Source of the DNA: an uncultured bacterium
GTDB taxonomy: Bacteria; SAR324; NAC60-12
Direction: 5' to 3'
DNA length: 64,000 nt
Assembly (NCBI GenBank): GCA_965662235.1
Contig: CBFIGY010000001.1
Coordinates: 32,001 to 96,000 of the forward strand
A model generated the notes under the pieces. It was not told the origin of the DNA. It worked only from the letters and a program-made list of their open reading frames with translations, and made no database searches. Below, piece after piece: positions 23,886 to 33,262 of the stretch (positions are counted from its first letter, which is position 1; each line of letters starts with the position of its first letter). Both the position numbers and the translations under genes were made by a program.

Positions 23886-25115
23886 ATGGCCACACCCCTT
23901 CCTGAAGACCTCCAAACTTACGGCATTTCCGACAAACACTACAAGCGGAAGCTCAAGGAGATGACGAAAAAGGATGGGAAGGAACCCGATCCCGATTTGG
24001 TCATCGAGGCCCTCTTCCATGACCTCATCAAGGAGGCTCACAACTACGAGGTGCTGCAGGTGCTTTACTGGAACCTGGCGGTCTTCAAGGATTCCCGGGG
24101 AAAGGATTCGTGGAAGGAACAGCAGCACTCGCATCAGTGCCGCCTGAAGCAGCTTGAGGAATCCAACACGGAGAAGGTCAAGATTGTGGCCAGCGCCTGC
24201 TGCAACGAGTGCGCGAAGCTTCACAACCAGGTGGTCAAGCTCAGCAAGGCCCTCCGGACCCTGCCCATTCCCTACCGCAAGTGCGAGGGACACCTTAGCT
24301 CCGATCACCGCTGGTGCACCGCCCTCTACATGCCTGCTGAGCCCGATGCTCCAGAGTCTCCGAACCCACCACCAGCAGACCCGGATGTTCCAGAAGAACC
24401 CGAATTGGCAGATGACGGGGGACGGAGCGAAAAGGCCGGAGGTGCCGACCTGGCTGCCAGCGCTGCGGATGCGGCCCAAGCGGCGGCCCCTTATGCGCTG
24501 ACGGCGGCCGGTATTGCCGGAGGCGCCGCGCTGGCGCTACTGATGCCGCTGGGCGTGGGACTGCTTCCGGGCATTGCCCTAGCGGTGCTCAGCCTGAGCT
24601 TCATGCCACAAATCTGGCGTCCGCTGGCAATGCGCTTTCCAGCCCTCCAGGGCGAGTGGACCCGTCGAGGACTGTGGGGGCTGCTGCTCCTGCTCCTGCT
24701 CCTGCTGGCGCTGCTGCTGTTGCTGCTTGAAGAGCCCAAGAAGCCCTCCACCAACCTCAACACCCTTCCGAGCTACTCGGTCAGCAGCATGGAAGACCGG
24801 AGCGTCTCCACCCGCGCACGTCTGCAGGCAAGCATCCAGGCGCCGGAAGCGGCGACGCCTCAGGAATACGCCCGCTTGGCCGCCAAAGCCGCTCAGGACC
24901 TAGCCAACAAGCGCAACACCGATGGGAAGCCCTATGAGTTTGTGACCGTGGTGCTCGAAGGTCCGGACGGGAAACCCCTCGCTGTTGTGGACTATGCCCC
25001 GGACGGGAAGGGACGGGAAGGCATCATGAGCGATCGGCCTGAGAACCAGTACCAGTGGGACATCCGGGTGACCGATCCAAACACCGGGCAGCTCAACCAG
25101 ATGCTGAGACGGTAG
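23886..25115 (+). CDS. Hypothetical membrane protein: Cys-rich N-domain, TM segment, C-terminal soluble domain
   Basis: CCNEC...PIPYRKC...WC motif, Pro/acidic linker, hydrophobic helices including a poly-Leu run. Confidence 0.7.
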   Translation: MATPLPEDLQTYGISDKHYKRKLKEMTKKDGKEPDPDLVIEALFHDLIKEAHNYEVLQVLYWNLAVFKDSRGKDSWKEQQHSHQCRLKQLEESNTEKVKIVASACCNECAKLHNQVVKLSKALRTLPIPYRKCEGHLSSDHRWCTALYMPAEPDAPESPNPPPADPDVPEEPELADDGGRSEKAGGADLAASAADAAQAAAPYALTAAGIAGGAALALLMPLGVGLLPGIALAVLSLSFMPQIWRPLAMRFPALQGEWTRRGLWGLLLLLLLLLALLLLLLEEPKKPSTNLNTLPSYSVSSMEDRSVSTRARLQASIQAPEAATPQEYARLAAKAAQDLANKRNTDGKPYEFVTVVLEGPDGKPLAVVDYAPDGKGREGIMSDRPENQYQWDIRVTDPNTGQLNQMLRR

Positions 25116-25950
25116 GGTAGTAGTCTCGGAGCGGCAACTCCGGACGCTGCAGCCAGTTCCAGTCCGGATACGTGGCATCGCCCTCAATGACGTGCAGCGT
25201 GTAGGCGTGTCGGGTCCGGGGCGAGCGGTTGGCGTAGCTCATGTGCGGTAGCCGCCCGTGCAGCACCACCAAGGTGCCCTGTTCCACCTCAAGGGGCACC
25301 AACTGATCCAGTTCCCACGGACGCTCATCCTTCACCTCAAACGTCACTCCGCCGGTGTCCTGTCGCTTGAACAGTGACTTCAGCGGGCCCTGGTGTCCTC
25401 CCGGAATGGCCCACAGGCAGCCGTTCTCCCGATCAGCTCGCTCCAGCGCAAACCAGAACCCCGTTACGCTGAGCGGGTCCGTGTAGAGAAACGTTCCATC
25501 CTGATGACACGTGACCTCGCCTCCGATGTAAGGCTGCTTGAAGATGTACATGGACTGCAGCATCTGCGGACGCTTCATCCCCAGCGCCTGCATCAGCGCC
25601 GCCAGTTCGGGTGTGTAGGAAAAGCGTTCAAACTCCGGATCCAGGTCGTGCTGGGCGTGCCCGATTTTGTTGATGGAGTGCGCCTTGGCCTGTCGCAGCT
25701 GCTGCGTCTCGTCAAAGGCCTCTTCCTCAAAGAAGAAGCGGATCTGCCCTCCGGAGGTCAGGAAGTAGTCGTCCGCCTGACGGGTCTGTTCGTTGGTCGT
25801 AAACAGGCTCCGGTGGGTGGTTGCGTCAAACGCCTCAACCAGCGACTCGGTGTGCGCCCGGAGGCGGTCGCAGGCTTCCGGAGAGACAAAGCCCGGGAGC
25901 ACCAGGAATCCTTGTTCAGCAAAACGGGCAGCGGCATCAGCAGGGATCAT
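25093..25950 (-). CDS. Phytanoyl-CoA dioxygenase family (PHYHD1-like) Fe(II)/2-oxoglutarate enzyme
   Basis: SINKIGHA, QSMYIFKQP, HQD, WFALE, NGCL, LPH..NRS..R; start at 25950 or 25986. Confidence 0.9.
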   Translation of the reverse strand: MIPADAAARFAEQGFLVLPGFVSPEACDRLRAHTESLVEAFDATTHRSLFTTNEQTRQADDYFLTSGGQIRFFFEEEAFDETQQLRQAKAHSINKIGHAQHDLDPEFERFSYTPELAALMQALGMKRPQMLQSMYIFKQPYIGGEVTCHQDGTFLYTDPLSVTGFWFALERADRENGCLWAIPGGHQGPLKSLFKRQDTGGVTFEVKDERPWELDQLVPLEVEQGTLVVLHGRLPHMSYANRSPRTRHAYTLHVIEGDATYPDWNWLQRPELPLRDYYPTVSASG

Positions 25951-26143
25951 GGAATCAAGCGGCTTGCGTTCTTGTGCAGGGAGCATCGGGACCCGCCACG
26001 AGTGTTTGCGGGTTTTCCGAGAATGTGGCAAGGTAAGGCCGCCATTTAATCGCAGTTGGTTTCAGGACGCAAGGCTTCCTGCAACTGCCCTCTGTCACAC
26101 AGCGGCCCCCTCCCGTTGGGCTGTGGGTAACATTCCGGACCTC

Positions 26144-26566
26144 ATGCTGGAAGAACGTACACTGCGCGTCATCCACTACGAATCCCAGACTCAGCAGCAA
26201 CCGGCTGAAATTCCCTGGCGAACTCAACGAACCCAGCGGCCCGGAGAGGCCTTTCGGCTGGAAAGCACGGATGATCCCGTCTCAGACGCCATGGCCCGCA
26301 ACGACTACTGCCCCATTGAGCTGGCCGCGTTTCACAGCGCCAACGAGGGCATGCTGTCCCTAAGGGTCTTTGCCAGCGCCGTCGGCCGGACCCCCAACAG
26401 CTACCTTGCCCTGCTGCGCCTCGGAGGTCAGCAGCACGTCTACTACTTCACCGGACCCGTGGCGTTGATGGACTTCATGCGGCACACCGTTGCCGGCATC
26501 AAGGCCCTTGAGCCACTGACGGATCCGGAGCAGTGGCCTCCGTGGTCCATTCCCTCACAGCTGTAA
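26144..26566 (+). CDS. Hypothetical protein
   Basis: 140-aa ORF ending 4 nt before the MinD-like gene. Confidence 0.55.
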   Translation: MLEERTLRVIHYESQTQQQPAEIPWRTQRTQRPGEAFRLESTDDPVSDAMARNDYCPIELAAFHSANEGMLSLRVFASAVGRTPNSYLALLRLGGQQHVYYFTGPVALMDFMRHTVAGIKALEPLTDPEQWPPWSIPSQL

Positions 26567-26570
26567 ACCC

Positions 26571-27563
26571 ATGACTCCGGAACGCATCCCCACGTTCATT
26601 CCTGTTGCCAGCGGTAAGGGCGGGGTCGGCAAGACCTTTCTGACCGCCAACCTTGCGGCAGCCCTTGCTGAGATGGGCAAGCAGGTCATTGCCGTCGACC
26701 TGGACCTCGGCGGGTCGAACCTGCACACGTACCTGGGCCTCGGGAACACTCATCCCGGCATCGGCGACTACCTCAACAGCGGGGGAAGCCTCCAGGACCT
26801 GCTGGTGCCCACCGCTTGGGAGCAGCTTCAGTTCCTTCCGGGAGACGGCCGAACTCCGTTTCTTGCCAACCTCCCTCACGCCCAGAAACAAAAGCTCCTG
26901 CTCAACCTGACTCGGTTGCAGGCAGACTTCATCTTCCTCGACCTCGGCGCCGGAAGCAGCTACAACACGCTGGACTACTTTGGGCTCTCCCCTCAGGGGA
27001 TGGTGGTGACGACTCCAGAGTATCCGGCGTTGATGAACATGATGACCTTCCTCAAGAACTTTACCTTCCGGACCATTGAACGGACCCTGCCGCCCAAGTC
27101 ATACGTCCGGACCCAGGTGCAGCAGTGCCTGTCTAACCGGCAGCCAGATGCCAACCTGAATGTGACGCGGCTGATGGAAGTCATTGCGGACGCTGCTCCG
27201 GAGCTTCATGACACCGTGCAGGCACGCTGGGCGTCCTTTCGGCCCCGGATCATCTTCAACCAGGGGATGGGGCCTGAAGACCTAGACTCCTTGGAGCAGA
27301 TCCAGAGCAGCTTGGAGCAAACCCTCCGGTTGAAGGTCGATTTCTTTGGGTTCATCTTCCACGATCCTCTGGCCAAGGAACTGAGTCGCAACCGCGTCTC
27401 CTTGATGCAGCAGGCTCGGGAAACTGAGATGGGCGCCGACGTCCTCCGCCTTGCGGACCGGATTGTGCGCCTCTGGCCACAGCCCATTCGCAACAGCGCG
27501 CCCCTGCTCCGGAACAACACCGAAGCCACCTTGGCGCAACGAGAGGGACGAGGGGAGGTCTGA
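26571..27563 (+). CDS. MinD/FlhG(FleN)-like P-loop ATPase
   Basis: Deviant Walker A SGKGGVGKT, DLDLGGSNLH, LDLGAG, VTTPE. Confidence 0.85.
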   Translation: MTPERIPTFIPVASGKGGVGKTFLTANLAAALAEMGKQVIAVDLDLGGSNLHTYLGLGNTHPGIGDYLNSGGSLQDLLVPTAWEQLQFLPGDGRTPFLANLPHAQKQKLLLNLTRLQADFIFLDLGAGSSYNTLDYFGLSPQGMVVTTPEYPALMNMMTFLKNFTFRTIERTLPPKSYVRTQVQQCLSNRQPDANLNVTRLMEVIADAAPELHDTVQARWASFRPRIIFNQGMGPEDLDSLEQIQSSLEQTLRLKVDFFGFIFHDPLAKELSRNRVSLMQQARETEMGADVLRLADRIVRLWPQPIRNSAPLLRNNTEATLAQREGRGEV

Positions 27564-27568
27564 GGAGG

Positions 27569-27793
27569 TTACTCTGCGGAAATCAGCGAGGCCGAGGGCA
27601 AGGGGGCGAGCTTCTGCAAGCTTATGGGCTCAACGGTCCACTTTGCCGGACGCTGCCCCCACTCTGAGGCATAGACCGTTTCCACCGTCAGCCGATCGCC
27701 GTCTTCTTCCAGCACAATCTCTTCCAGTTCTTCTTCTTCTGGAGCCAGTGGAACCAACTCATCCAGCAATTCTCGAAACTCACGGTCCGTCAT
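27569..27793 (-). CDS. Small acidic hypothetical protein (74 aa)
   Basis: MTDREFRELLDELVPL...; GGGAG RBS and an upstream sigma54 motif. Confidence 0.55.
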   Translation of the reverse strand: MTDREFRELLDELVPLAPEEEELEEIVLEEDGDRLTVETVYASEWGQRPAKWTVEPISLQKLAPLPSASLISAE

Positions 27794-27870
27794 CTGAAGC
27801 ACTCCCTGCAGTGGGTCGAGTTGAGGCCGGGACCTGCTTCTGAGGCCCGCCCAAGGGTTTCTCCCTCTGT

Positions 27871-27886
27871 TGCAGCGCGCATGCCA
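27871..27886 (-). promoter_or_regulatory. sigma54 (-24/-12) promoter
   Basis: Minus strand TGGCATGCGCGCTGCA is close to TGGCAC-N5-TTGCA with exact GG-N10-GC spacing. Confidence 0.6.
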
Positions 27887-27994
27887 CTTTCCCCGTCGTT
27901 TTTGTGGGAAGCACTTGCAAGTGCCCGGATCCCTCCCGCAGGATAGGGCGGTTTTGTGCTCTGTTCTCTCCTTCCTTTTTGCTGAAAATACCGA

Positions 27995-29017
27995 ATGACC
28001 GTTGAAGCGATTACTTACGACGACGTCCTGCTGGTGCCGTCTTACAACCACTGGGAATCCCGGCGCATTGTCGACACCTCCATGACCGACCGGAGCGGCA
28101 AGCTCACCCTGTCCCTGCCCGTCATGACGGCCAACATGGACACCGTCACCGAGTCGGCCATGGCCAACTTCATTGGCCACCGAGGCGGCATCGGCGTCCT
28201 CCACCGCTTCATGTCGATTGAAGACAATGTCCGGATCTTCCGGGAGTGCGAGTTTCCCACCTTTGTCTCAATTGGATGCGGCACCGCCGACCTCGAGCGG
28301 GCGGAAGCACTGCATCAGGCCGGGGCCAACAAGTTCTGCATCGACGTGGCACATGCGCATGCCAAGTACGTGGGACGGACGCTTAAGGAAGCCCGGGACC
28401 TGCTGGGGAAGGACGCCTGCATCATGGTCGGAAACGTGGCCACCTACGCCGGAGCCGACTACCTTGCCTCCTGCGGGGCAGACGTCATCAAGGTGGGCAT
28501 CGGCGGAGGCTCAGTCTGCACCACCCGCATCAAGACCGGTTTCGGCGTCCCGAACCTGACCGCCATCCGGGAGTGCGCCCGAGTGGATCGCTCCATTGTT
28601 GCTGATGGAGGCATCCGAACGCCGGGAGACATCGTCAAGGCCCTTGCCTTTGGGGCCGATTTTGTGATGGTGGGTTCCATGTTGGCCGGAACACGTCCGA
28701 CGCCGGGAGAGATCTTTGAAGAGGCGCAGCCAGATGGCAGCACCCGGCGCTTCAAGCGCTACCGTGGCATGGCCAGCCGAGAGGTGGCCGATGACTACCA
28801 TGGCGGGCTCACTGAGTGGAAAACGGCAGAAGGCGTTGCCACAGAGGTGGGGTATCGCGAGGATGAGGAGCACATTGTCGCCGACCTCATCGGGGGTCTG
28901 CGGTCCGGGCTGACCTACGGCGGCGCGGCCACCATCAAGGAGCTGCAGCGCAAGCTCGACTACGTCCGGGTGACCCCAGCCGGCCGGATGGAGAGCCTGC
29001 CTCACCGCATCCTCTGA
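27995..29017 (+). CDS. guaC: GMP reductase (IMPDH/GMPR family, no CBS domains)
   Basis: [52 protein letters not shown] versus IMPDH assignment is an inference. Confidence 0.75.
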   Translation: MTVEAITYDDVLLVPSYNHWESRRIVDTSMTDRSGKLTLSLPVMTANMDTVTESAMANFIGHRGGIGVLHRFMSIEDNVRIFRECEFPTFVSIGCGTADLERAEALHQAGANKFCIDVAHAHAKYVGRTLKEARDLLGKDACIMVGNVATYAGADYLASCGADVIKVGIGGGSVCTTRIKTGFGVPNLTAIRECARVDRSIVADGGIRTPGDIVKALAFGADFVMVGSMLAGTRPTPGEIFEEAQPDGSTRRFKRYRGMASREVADDYHGGLTEWKTAEGVATEVGYREDEEHIVADLIGGLRSGLTYGGAATIKELQRKLDYVRVTPAGRMESLPHRIL

Positions 29018-29055
29018 AGCCTCTGCCCCCTTTGTTCCGGACGTGCCGGGTTGGC

Positions 29056-30252
<1,197 letters not shown>

Positions 30253-30315
30253 TTAAGGCGGAAAAAAAGCAGGCCCTGGCGTCACCCTTCCGCCTCCGGA
30301 AGCGGAGGCCGATCT

Positions 30316-31344
30316 TCAGATGAGCGCCGTCTCTTCTGGAAATCCGAACATCAGGTTCATGTTCTGAATCGCCTGTCCGGAGGCGCCCTTCACCAAGTTG
30401 TCGATGCTGGTCAGCACCACCCAGTTCCGGCAGGACTCATCGTGACTCAGTCCAATGGCGCAGCGGTTGGAGTGCACGCACGTCTTCAGGTCCGGGAGCT
30501 TGCCCTCTGGCAACAGCTGCACAAACCGGTTCTCCGCGTCAAACTGCTGAAACTGCGTCCAGACCTGCTCCGGATCCTTGGGTCGGGAAAAGCGCAGGTA
30601 GATCGTAGAAAGGATGCCCCGGTTGACCGGCAGCAGGTGCGGTGTGAAGATCACCTCTCCCAGCTCCTCTGAGCGGAACGGACTGAGGTCTTCCAGGTAC
30701 TGCTGAATCTCCGGCTGGTGCTGGTGCCCAAAGACCTTGTAGGCCTTGAAGTTCTCGTTCACCTCCACGTAGTTGGTGGCATCGTCCTCCACTCGCCCTC
30801 CGGCCCCGGTGACTCCGGACTTGGCATCAATGATCGGGGGACGGTCCAGCCGGGCCAGCAGATTTCCAAAGGGCAGCAACCCCAGCAGTGCCCCAGTTGG
30901 GTAACACCCCGGATTGGCAATCAGACGGGCCGACTCAATCGCCTCCCGGAAGAACTCAGGCAGCCCAAACACGGCTTCCTCCAGCAACTCCGGAGAGGTG
31001 TGCTCAAGCTTGTAGAAACGGGCGAACCGCTCCGGGTCCCGGAGGCGGTACACGCCTGAGAGGTCAATGACCTTCACCCCCTGCTCCAGCAAAGCTGGTA
31101 CTCGCTCTAGGCTCGCCTTATTCGGCACGGCCAGAAAGACCACGTCGCACCCGGAGGCGTCAGTGTCATTGGACTGAAACACTTCCTGACACAGCGGCAG
31201 ATGCGGAAACGCCTCGGCCACCGTCCGGCCTTCGTACTTGGTGGAGGTCGCCAGGACCACTTGGGCAAAGGGATGCCGTTGCAGGCGCTCCAGCAGCTCA
31301 AGCCCAGACAGCCCGGCGGCGCCGATGATTCCCACTCGGATCAT
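30316..31344 (-). CDS. argC: N-acetyl-gamma-glutamyl-phosphate reductase
   Basis: IIGAAG, IDLSG, IANPGCYPT, SGVTGAG, HQHQPEI, FTPHL, IDNLVKGASGQAIQNMN. Confidence 0.96.
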   Translation of the reverse strand: MIRVGIIGAAGLSGLELLERLQRHPFAQVVLATSTKYEGRTVAEAFPHLPLCQEVFQSNDTDASGCDVVFLAVPNKASLERVPALLEQGVKVIDLSGVYRLRDPERFARFYKLEHTSPELLEEAVFGLPEFFREAIESARLIANPGCYPTGALLGLLPFGNLLARLDRPPIIDAKSGVTGAGGRVEDDATNYVEVNENFKAYKVFGHQHQPEIQQYLEDLSPFRSEELGEVIFTPHLLPVNRGILSTIYLRFSRPKDPEQVWTQFQQFDAENRFVQLLPEGKLPDLKTCVHSNRCAIGLSHDESCRNWVVLTSIDNLVKGASGQAIQNMNLMFGFPEETALI

Positions 31345-31688
31345 GAGTTCAGTACCTCTTGATATAAGTCTTCGTTAAAGCCCACCAGGAAGTCGGGCCC
31401 CACTCGCCACGTGGGCGCACGCAGGTTTCCACTGGGGCCGATCACGTCGGCCAGAATCGCGTCCCGGTCGTCGGTCGCCGGATTCCAGTGGTGAGTCTTC
31501 TTCCCCTTGGCGGTGTGGATCGTCCGGGCGTCCTTCAGCAACTCCCATGCAGCGTCGGCATTGTACCGGACCTTGTTGGCGCTCACGCGCTCCTGATCGT
31601 GAATCTGATGTGCGTCAAGAAACTCTTGCGCTCGCTTGCAGCTGGTTCAACCGGGGCGAAAGTAGCCCCACTCAAGGGTCTGGGTCAT
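31341..31688 (-). CDS. ArsC-like (thioredoxin-fold) selenoprotein, 115 aa, Sec14 in UxxC
   Basis: ATG at 31688 reads MTQTLEWGYFRPG-TGA(31649-31647)-TSCKRAQEFL... in frame with the 81-aa called ORF (GPSGNLRAPT...LVGF); the TGA sits where the first Cys of CxxC is expected. Confidence 0.88.
31612..31631 (-). other. Candidate bacterial SECIS element of the ArsC-like gene
   Basis: GCG-CAAGA-GTT-TCTTG-A-CGC hairpin, G-initiated loop about 23 nt 3' of the UGA. Confidence 0.6.
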
Positions 31689-31755
31689 GGTGTCCTGTCG
31701 GAAAGGGTTTGGGTCTCAAAGGCTGAGATTGTACTTGGCTTCTGTAGAGATTCAA

Positions 31756-32565
31756 TCACTTTGGGGCCTCAGACTCTCCCGGAAAGGTTCCCCGACGCCA
31801 CCGCAGCGGACTGTCGAAGATGGCTCCGGGCTGCTCAAGGGTTGCCAGCGCTCCCAGACACTCCTCAAAGAGGTATCGCTGCTGCGCCCGACGTCCGGGC
31901 TCACCCAGCGCGTGTCCAAACGGAAAACGCACGTGGTACGTCCGGGGCGGCTTCACCTGCTCGCTAATGCGTCGGAGGATGGAGATGCCGATGGTGCTGA
32001 TGCCCTGGGCTTCAATGGCTCGTTGGACCAGACCGACCGTCTGGTTGCAGAGGCCTCAGGCAGGCACCAGGAGCGCCACATCCGCCTGCTGCCGCTTGAT
32101 CTCCCGGGCGGCTTCAAGGGCGGTTTTCTGAATGAGGGTCGTCAGGTGAGGCCCCTCAATGTGCCCCATGAAGCTGAAGAACTCCGGAGTGGTGTCCTTG
32201 AGCTCGCCGGCTTCCACCAGGTCCTGCAGCACGTCCATCGGCAAGACAAGATTGCGATCCTGATCGGCATCCGTATGATCGTAGTAGTCATGAGTGATCT
32301 GCAGGGCCTCCGGAGGAGCCTGCGCCGGAATGCGTCGGAAACTGGGATCGCCCTCGGGGTCGGTCATGTCAAAGGGCTTATCCGTCCGGAGGTGCACACC
32401 TCCTGTGGTGACAAGCGCCAAGCGGCACTCCGGAAGCGGCCGACGCAAGGGGGTCCATGGGATTTCCTCTGCGGTCACCGCCTGATAGCTCCGGGCCCAC
32501 CACTGCCGGACGCCCGGCAACTGAAAGAGCCGCCGCCCCAATCGATTTTTCCAGGAATCTGTCAT
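31756..32565 (-). CDS. PrdB/GrdB-like (glycine/sarcosine/betaine/proline reductase selenoprotein B family) selenoprotein, 269 aa, Sec170 in UxxC
   Basis: IPWTPL, ALVTTGGVH, GDPSFRRIP, HDYYDH, D.N.V.P.D, SFMG, LLVPA-TGA(32058-32056)-GLCNQTVGLVQRAIEAQGISTI...KPPR...FPFGHALGEP; the two called ORFs share a frame across one TGA. Confidence 0.92.
32027..32045 (-). other. Candidate bacterial SECIS element of the PrdB-like gene
   Basis: ACCAGAC-GGTCG-GTCTGGT, perfect 7-bp stem starting 10 nt after the UGA, loop beginning GG(T). Confidence 0.75.
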
Positions 32566-33262
32566 GTCGTTTGCTGAAAACCTTGCTCACATTCAAGAAC
32601 GCCTGCACCAGGCGGCCACCCAAGCGGGACGGGATCCTCAAAGCGTCCGCCTGATTGCGGTCTCCAAGACCAAACCCGTTTCTCAACTGCAAGAGGCCAT
32701 TGAAGCCGGACAGCTGGTGTTTGGGGAAAACCGCGTGCAGGAGGCGCTGGAGAAACAAGACGCCCTGAATCGCTCCGACCTGGAGTGGCACCTGATTGGG
32801 CACCTGCAGAAGAACAAGGCCAAGTTCTGTCCCGGAAACTTTGCCTGGGTCCACTCCGTTGACTCCCTAGAACTCGCCCAGAGGCTGGAGAAGCACTGTG
32901 CGGCGGCTGATGCATCGCTGAAGATCCTGCTTCAGCTCAACACGTCCGCAGAGGAAAGCAAGTCGGGAATGAGCGGCTGGGACGAGGTCCGGTCTCTTGC
33001 CGAGCAGGTCTTTCAAAACTGCCCCCACCTGCAACTCAAGGGGCTGATGACCATTCCGGCCCCTGATGCTGGGGAAGGGCCAACGCGTCAGGCTTTTGCT
33101 CAGCTGAGAACCTGGAACGAACGCCTCCAGAGCGAGCTGGGCCTTCCGGAACTGAACGAGCTTTCCATGGGCATGACGTCCGACTTCGAGTGGGCCATCC
33201 TCGAAGGCGCCACCCTGGTCCGGATTGGGTCGGCGCTCTTTGGCGCCCGTGCTTACCCCTGA
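32564..33262 (+). CDS. yggS: Pyridoxal phosphate homeostasis protein
   Basis: LIAVSKT, FGENRVQE, WHLIGHLQKNK, HSVD, GLMTI, LSMGMTSDF, GATLVRIGSALFG. Confidence 0.95.
   Translation: MSFAENLAHIQERLHQAATQAGRDPQSVRLIAVSKTKPVSQLQEAIEAGQLVFGENRVQEALEKQDALNRSDLEWHLIGHLQKNKAKFCPGNFAWVHSVDSLELAQRLEKHCAAADASLKILLQLNTSAEESKSGMSGWDEVRSLAEQVFQNCPHLQLKGLMTIPAPDAGEGPTRQAFAQLRTWNERLQSELGLPELNELSMGMTSDFEWAILEGATLVRIGSALFGARAYP

Noticed and set aside
24681..24728. CTG/CTC run as a contingency repeat
   Set aside because: Imperfect in-frame codons for a poly-Leu TM helix; slippage would not switch phase
31756..32565. Reading the split PrdB-like and truncated ArsC-like ORFs as pseudogenes
   Set aside because: Each has a single TGA at the catalytic Cys-equivalent position followed by a SECIS-like hairpin, with no other lesions; recoding is more parsimonious
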